Source: Candidatus Sungbacteria bacterium RIFCSPLOWO2_01_FULL_47_32
Lineage (GTDB): Bacteria; Patescibacteriota; Minisyncoccia; Sungbacterales; GWA2-42-14
NCBI GenBank assembly: GCA_001820685.1
Contig: MHQP01000014.1
Location: 1-53,164, forward strand
Reading direction: 5' to 3'
DNA: 53,164 bases
Below are positions 47,940 to 53,164 of the stretch, one piece after another. Position numbers and translations under genes: made by a program. The notes under the pieces are model-generated. The model was not told the DNA's origin, did not search any database, and saw only the letters and a list, made by a program, of their open reading frames with translations. How positions within the stretch are numbered: position 1 is the first letter of the stretch; each line of letters begins with the position of its first letter.

Positions 47940-47994
47940 CCATCACGCCGCCATGTCTTCTGAACGAAGATGTGGCGGCATGATGGTTTTTTTT
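47940..47994 (+). terminator. Intrinsic terminator
   Basis: CATCACGCCGCCATGTCTTC..GAAGATGTGGCGGCATGATG hairpin followed by a T-tract. Confidence 0.65.
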
Positions 47995-48205
47995 ATTTAT
48001 AAAAGGGAATGTATAAAATCTGCCACCAATAATTCGCTCCTTTGACGATACATGAGAGAAGACTGATGCATAGTTGGTCAATAACTGAACTACGCGGTGG
48101 CAAGCCCCCGCGTAGTTCAGTTATCTAGATAAAATTTTGAAGGCTAGATATGACTTAGCAAAACCCCGGGAATTGTCCCGGGGATTGCTGTGTGCTTTCC
48201 TCGTA

Positions 48206-49585
48206 TTAATTACCTTCGGCCTGATTCTCCGTCGTGCTTTCGGTGGTTGTTCCGGTCTTTTTTTTAAGAGCTTCTTCAGTATAAACATTCCGGGCGTTCC
48301 ACAGTAGCCAGCCTGAAGCACCGGCATCTTCAGCCGCTTTTATCTGGGCCTTCACTTTTGCCGCGTCATATACGATTCCACGCGATGTATCGGCCCCAAG
48401 GTCAAAGTCTTGCAGCCACGGCCTCATGCGCGCAACACTGCGCGGGGTTGACGTTGCATTGGCACCCGCCGGAGTTGTGGAAGCCGTTGTTGTTCCCAAC
48501 CTTGCCCCCGCGTGAAGATTTGCAAATGTTGTTGTCGATATTTTTCCGGCAAGAAAATCCTGGGCGAATACAAGCGAGCGATACACGACGTCATATGGCT
48601 GATTTGAGACGACCTGGGAAACATTTTTTGACCTGTAGGGATATGATATTTTTGGAAGACTGCGCGAAGGATCTGCCGGCATGGTGAACCCCGCGTAGTA
48701 ATGACTCGGATAGAGCATGAAAGAAACATAGTCGAAATTGCTTCCCACATCCTCCATCCGCTGTCCTATGCCGAGGTCGTTTGCCTGTGTTGCAACATAC
48801 CCAAACAAATCGGCTGATAAAATAATATCTGGTTTGTAATCTTTTAGGTTTTTATTCATGAATTCGAAGAAGGATTTTAGAACCGTATATTTCGGCGTCT
48901 TCGGGTCATACGCGGGATAAATGATGCTCTTTACATCTCCGTCTGACGGAAAGCGGATGTAGTCAAACTGCAGTTCGTCAAACCCAAGGTCAATGACAGA
49001 CATTGCGAATGCCGCGAGATATTCTCTTGCCGCGGGGCTTGCGGGGTCCATCCAAAGCCGCCCAGCGCTATCTTTCCAAAAGGCCCCGGTGTTGCGGTTT
49101 TTGACATAGTACTCCGGATGTTCTTTGGTTTGAGAGGAGTCCGGAAATACTGCCATGCGGGCGATGGTCCAAACACCTTGCGCTTTCAGCTCGTCAATAA
49201 GCGGTTTTAGATTTGATGTAACTTGGGAACCTTTTGCTTCTTTTACATCTATGACAACACCGTTCAATTCTGTTGTTTTTAAAAGGTCCTCGATATCCCC
49301 CCGAAGCCTCCTGGCGGCCACCCCTTGGTCATTTGCGACGTCTGCCGTCATATAGACACCCTTCACATACTGGGAGTTGAGAAGGGCGTCCGCAATAAGC
49401 TCTTCTCTTGTTTTGGGTTTCGGCTCTTCATTTTCCGCAAGCGGTGTTGTTGTGCCAAAATTCATGCCCTGCGTAAGAGAACTCCACCTGCCCATATAAA
49501 ATGTCGGAACGCTTTTTGAGCTGTACAACCAAAAAGCCCCGATGATACCGAGCGAAAGAATGCTTGCGGCAATGTATTTTTTCAT
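48206..49585 (-). CDS. Putative glycoside hydrolase (DUF4015-like), membrane anchored
   Basis: VKGVY, ELNGVVIDVK, GFDELQFDYIRFP, MLYPSHY, RPWLQDF, GWLLWNARNVY. Confidence 0.85.
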   Translation of the reverse strand: MKKYIAASILSLGIIGAFWLYSSKSVPTFYMGRWSSLTQGMNFGTTTPLAENEEPKPKTREELIADALLNSQYVKGVYMTADVANDQGVAARRLRGDIEDLLKTTELNGVVIDVKEAKGSQVTSNLKPLIDELKAQGVWTIARMAVFPDSSQTKEHPEYYVKNRNTGAFWKDSAGRLWMDPASPAAREYLAAFAMSVIDLGFDELQFDYIRFPSDGDVKSIIYPAYDPKTPKYTVLKSFFEFMNKNLKDYKPDIILSADLFGYVATQANDLGIGQRMEDVGSNFDYVSFMLYPSHYYAGFTMPADPSRSLPKISYPYRSKNVSQVVSNQPYDVVYRSLVFAQDFLAGKISTTTFANLHAGARLGTTTASTTPAGANATSTPRSVARMRPWLQDFDLGADTSRGIVYDAAKVKAQIKAAEDAGASGWLLWNARNVYTEEALKKKTGTTTESTTENQAEGN

Positions 49586-49629
49586 GCGTTAGTTTTTACA
49601 GATTGTTAAATTATACACCCTACTCACTA

Positions 49630-49700
49630 TGCGGTCAGGGAGAATCGAACTCCCACCTATTGCTTGGGAAGCAATCGTTCTACCATTAAACTATGACCGC
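49630..49700 (-). tRNA. tRNA-Gly(CCC)
   Basis: GCGGTCATAGTTTAATGGTAGAACGATTGCTTCCCAAGCAATAGGTGGGAGTTCGATTCTCCCTGACCGCA cloverleaf. Confidence 0.95.
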
Positions 49701-49770
49701 GCTTAGCGCGGTCTAACCTCGCTTAGCGAGGTGACCGCGTTGCTCTGTGCTTCGCTCATATTCCAGACGG

Positions 49771-50643
49771 CTAAAGCTTTTCCTCCGCGTGCTCCTCGGC
49801 CTGTCCAACAAACTCGTTGATGATTTCCTCGCTTTGCTTTATCTCGCGCACAGGAGAAGAAAAATACAGCCGCTGTCCCCGCTTCCCCTCATAGAGGTCC
49901 TGGAGGAACGATATGATGTCCTGAAAGGGCTTGTGAATATAAAAGTGTTCAAGAATGACGGCGATGAGCGTTACAGCAAAAAGAAAAACGAAAGCGGTAT
50001 TGAAAAAACCCTGCTGGCGGTCATTCTCTCCGCTGATGAAAAAAACTATCCGCTGGGAAAAGATATACCGAACATCGGCAAGCTCATTTAACGAGTCAAG
50101 AATAGTATTTCGTTTTTCATCAAGCTGGCTCAAAAAAACCGCTCTCGCACCGGCATCGGTGACGGGCGTTTCTCCCGCAAAATCCGGGTGCGCAAGTATA
50201 TCTGAAATATACTCGCCCGTCCTTTTCTCCACACTGGTTACCGCACCCACCTCTTTCTCGAGCAGATCTTCCTCCTGTGTATTTTTCAGAATATTTATCA
50301 GGAACGGCCTGTTTACGCCCAAATACTGGGATTTATACTTCTTCCAGAAGACATTCAACTTGTCGGCAGTATTTTGAACGTCAGCTACAACACTACTTCT
50401 GCGTGACTCTGATAAAGGATGCGTTCCCATTAAAAGAAAATTCCTAACCTCCATCTGGATAGCAACCAGTTTGTCCCGCGTTACAAGGATCTGCCGGTCA
50501 ACTTCAAGCTGGTTTTGCAGATAAAGCTGGAGAGTAATCTGCCGCTGTTGGATCCTATTGTAAACCAAAAAACCAACTGCGGCAATGGGCAGCAGATATA
50601 AGCCAGCAAATATCAGAATAATTGTGCGATAATGCATTCTCAT
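49771..50643 (-). CDS. Two-TM sensor-like protein with helical extracytoplasmic domain and HAMP-like tail
   Basis: TM - helical region - TM - IHKPFQDI..REIKQ..IN; no kinase or MCP domain follows. Confidence 0.6.
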   Translation of the reverse strand: MRMHYRTIILIFAGLYLLPIAAVGFLVYNRIQQRQITLQLYLQNQLEVDRQILVTRDKLVAIQMEVRNFLLMGTHPLSESRRSSVVADVQNTADKLNVFWKKYKSQYLGVNRPFLINILKNTQEEDLLEKEVGAVTSVEKRTGEYISDILAHPDFAGETPVTDAGARAVFLSQLDEKRNTILDSLNELADVRYIFSQRIVFFISGENDRQQGFFNTAFVFLFAVTLIAVILEHFYIHKPFQDIISFLQDLYEGKRGQRLYFSSPVREIKQSEEIINEFVGQAEEHAEEKL

Positions 50644-50667
50644 TTGAAAATGAACAAAAACCGGATA

Positions 50668-51288
50668 TTATCGGTCCGCAGATCCGGCGGATTCTTTTTC
50701 CCGAATAAACCGGAGGGCTGCGAAAAATATAATTCCAACGGCGAGCACGAGATAAACCGTATGCTTCACTTCCCGCACTTCGGTGAACAGGTCGAGTCCG
50801 GAGCCAAGGTAAAAACTTGCCGTAACAAGAAGAAACGTCCAGGGAACAGCGGCGAAAATATCGTACAGTATGAATTTCACGAATTTCATCCTGAAGTGTC
50901 CCGCCAGAATCGGCACCATGACGCGGATACCCGTAAGGGGGCGGGAGAGAAAAATAACTTTTTCTCCGTGTCTTTTGAAATAGCGTTCCGCCTTTTCAAG
51001 AACAAACTTCACATGTTTCAAGTGCGATATCCGTTCTTCCACCCACTCCCCCGCGAACCTTCCGAGAAGATATCCGAGGATGTCAGACACAAGAATGCCC
51101 ACAATAAGCACCCAGACCGTTATCCAGTAATCGGTGAACTCAAGGTATGAAAGGTAACCGCCGATAAGAAGTACTATTTCTTCCGGCAGAGGAAGTCCTA
51201 TGCCAGCCAATACTAAAAGCAAAAAAAGGGTGGCATAAAGAAAATATATGTTCCCGAGCGGGAGTAGGAGCAGTATCATGCTTGCCAT
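50668..51288 (-). CDS. DedA family protein
   Basis: GLPLPEE, SDILGYLLGR, SRPLTGIR. Confidence 0.9.
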   Translation of the reverse strand: MASMILLLLPLGNIYFLYATLFLLLVLAGIGLPLPEEIVLLIGGYLSYLEFTDYWITVWVLIVGILVSDILGYLLGRFAGEWVEERISHLKHVKFVLEKAERYFKRHGEKVIFLSRPLTGIRVMVPILAGHFRMKFVKFILYDIFAAVPWTFLLVTASFYLGSGLDLFTEVREVKHTVYLVLAVGIIFFAALRFIREKESAGSADR

Positions 51289-51295
51289 AGTAGTG

Positions 51296-52042
51296 TCAGA
51301 TCTTTACGAGTTCGTTAGCCCGGTCAACAAGCGCAAAAAAGTCTTTTGAGCGTTTGTCGCGCGGACGAGACAGAGATACATCAATCGTAGCCTCGACCAT
51401 TCCGGGCCGCGGCGTCATGACAAGAACCCTGTCGGACATCTCAACCGCTTCGTCAACAAGGTGTGTTACCATCACAATGGTCATACGATCTTTACTCCAA
51501 AGAGCAAGAAGGTCCTTTCTCAGCCGCTCTGCGGTGAATGCATCGAGTGAGGAGAAGGCCTCGTCCATAAGCAGGATCTTCGGGTTTAACGCAAGAGCAC
51601 GCGCGATGCCGACGCGCTGGCGCATCCCTCCGGACAGATCTTTCGGGTAGGCATGCTCGAATCCGGTAAGCCCCATTTCTTTTATGTGTTCATGAACAGT
51701 TTCTCTTCGGTCGTGTATGGAAACATTTTGCATCTTAAGTCCGAATTCAACATTCTCATATACCGTTAGCCATGGAAATATTGCGAACGACTGGAAAATC
51801 ATTGCAAGGCGCTCGCTCGTTTTGCCGTCGGAAAACAACAGCTCTCCGTGATTCGGCTTTATCATGCCCGCAAGCACCCTCAACAGCGTTGATTTGCCGC
51901 ACCCAGACGGGCCGAGGATAGTAAAAAATTCTCCCGGGCGAACCGTAAACGAAACATCTTTTAAAACTTCGACGTGCTTTCCGTCTTCGGTAACAAATGT
52001 ATGGGATAGATTTTTTACCGCAATAGCGGGTTGATTATTCAT
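51296..52042 (-). CDS. ABC transporter ATP-binding protein (nitrate/sulfonate/taurine type)
   Basis: GPSGCGKST, FPWLTV, LSGGMRQRV, MDEAFSSLD. Confidence 0.92.
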   Translation of the reverse strand: MNNQPAIAVKNLSHTFVTEDGKHVEVLKDVSFTVRPGEFFTILGPSGCGKSTLLRVLAGMIKPNHGELLFSDGKTSERLAMIFQSFAIFPWLTVYENVEFGLKMQNVSIHDRRETVHEHIKEMGLTGFEHAYPKDLSGGMRQRVGIARALALNPKILLMDEAFSSLDAFTAERLRKDLLALWSKDRMTIVMVTHLVDEAVEMSDRVLVMTPRPGMVEATIDVSLSRPRDKRSKDFFALVDRANELVKI

Positions 52043-52763
52043 GAGAGTAGTCGTGGCTTTTCTTTAGGAGAGGAAGCCAGATAAGCTTATTCATTGAGAA
52101 CAATATCAATAGGAGCGCTATAATACCGAATGTCAGGATTGGAATATTACCGTCCATGGAGGCTTTGTTCAGAAACCCGCCGATGCCCGGAGATATTCCG
52201 ATTATCTCTGCACCCACAATTGCCTCCCACCCCTCTCCAAGGCCAACGATAGAGCCTGTAATAATGCCGGGAAACGCAACAGGGACGGTAAAATGCAAAA
52301 GTTTTTTTATTCCGCCCTGCGCCCCAAAAACAAATGATGCTTCTTTCAGGTCTTCGCGGACCATGTGGAGGGAAGAAAGCGTAGAAAAAAGAATCGGCCA
52401 AACCATCGTCATAACAAGAAACAATATCGCGGTGATATTCCCGACTCCGAACCAAATACTAAAAATCGGAAGAAGCGCAAAAGATGGGAAGCTTTGGAGA
52501 ACATCGAAAAGCGGGAGAAAAAAAGCCTCTGCCTTAGCACTTCCTAAGAGTAAGGAAAAAACTATAGCGAGCGCGACCGATATAATATACGCGAAAATTA
52601 CCCGGACAAAAGAAGCTCCAATATCAACGAACACCCCACCCGCGCTGATCCCTCCAATTTTTGAAAAGACAAAAATGAAAACGATAGGGAGAACAATCGT
52701 AAGAAACGTCACAACAAGGTGCCACCGTTTTTTGTATATCTTTATGTGATGCGGATAGCGCAT
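52035..52763 (-). CDS. ABC transporter permease (NitT/TauT type)
   Basis: DVLQSFPSFALLP, EAS..GA (EAA loop), AEIIG..GIG. Confidence 0.9.
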   Translation of the reverse strand: MRYPHHIKIYKKRWHLVVTFLTIVLPIVFIFVFSKIGGISAGGVFVDIGASFVRVIFAYIISVALAIVFSLLLGSAKAEAFFLPLFDVLQSFPSFALLPIFSIWFGVGNITAILFLVMTMVWPILFSTLSSLHMVREDLKEASFVFGAQGGIKKLLHFTVPVAFPGIITGSIVGLGEGWEAIVGAEIIGISPGIGGFLNKASMDGNIPILTFGIIALLLILFSMNKLIWLPLLKKSHDYSHE

Positions 52764-52914
52764 GCGTTCGTTTGTGGTTAGTAGAATGCAGATTGTAGAA
52801 CTGCAAAATTTAGTTGGCGATTTGAAGTGAAGCTACCAGTCTATTCAGCATACGTACTTTTACCAATAGTCCTTCGGCCTTTTCATGTACGTGAGGCTCA
52901 CTTCATGCTGCACG

Positions 52915-53164
52915 CTACTCACTGCCAACTATTAACTTCTTCATGATGTCTTGAACCATTTTCGGGTTCGCCGCCCCTTTTGTTTCTTTCATTACCTGCC
53001 CCACAAGGAACTGGAGCGCGTTCTGGGCGCCATTTTTATAATCTGCAACTGGCTTAGGATGCATTTCAATGACTTTCTTGACGCTTTCTTCAAGTTTTCC
53101 CGCGTCCGAAACCTGTGCAAGGTTTTTTTCGGCGATAATATCCGAAGGGTCCCGTCCCGTTCGG
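52915..53164 (-). CDS. gatB: Asp/Glu-tRNA amidotransferase subunit B, C-terminal part (runs off the window end)
   Basis: Manual translation ..DYKNGAQNALQFLVGQVMKETKGAANPKMVQDIMKKLIVGSE*. Confidence 0.9.
   Translation of the reverse strand, partial: RTGRDPSDIIAEKNLAQVSDAGKLEESVKKVIEMHPKPVADYKNGAQNALQFLVGQVMKETKGAANPKMVQDIMKKLIVGSE

Noticed and set aside
48082-48190. Long perfect hairpins as REP or mobile element ends
   Set aside because: Single copies lying between convergent genes; adequately explained as terminators.

Overview
Bacterial chromosomal window. A Patescibacteria/CPR (Parcubacteria-like) origin is my inference from the gene content, apparent leaderless starts and many palindromic intergenic elements. 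Left to right it holds: (1) a divergent cohesin-bearing / dockerin-bearing gene pair and an alpha-2-macroglobulin; (2) VTT/DedA and HtrA genes; (3) an accessory patch where two ~251-bp structured non-coding repeats bracket a Panacea-type TA pair and a broken hicBA, followed by Fic and SWIM genes; (4) ftsX-ftsE-prfB (+1 frameshift); (5) PKD/TPR surface genes; (6) a ~22-kb strand-shuffled sugar-modification/acylation cluster with five CapK/PaaK-like ligases, two DegT aminotransferases, FabH-like and AstA-like genes; (7) a DUF4015-like hydrolase, tRNA-Gly, DedA, an ABC pair and the end of gatB. The most striking observation occurs twice (tRNA-Gln CTG and tRNA-Thr CGT). A tRNA gene is split by a short inverted-repeat-bounded insertion that itself carries a complete, different-sequence tRNA of the same anticodon, set in an extended hairpin ('tRNA inside a tRNA'). 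All family calls are by-eye motif recognition; no searches were run.
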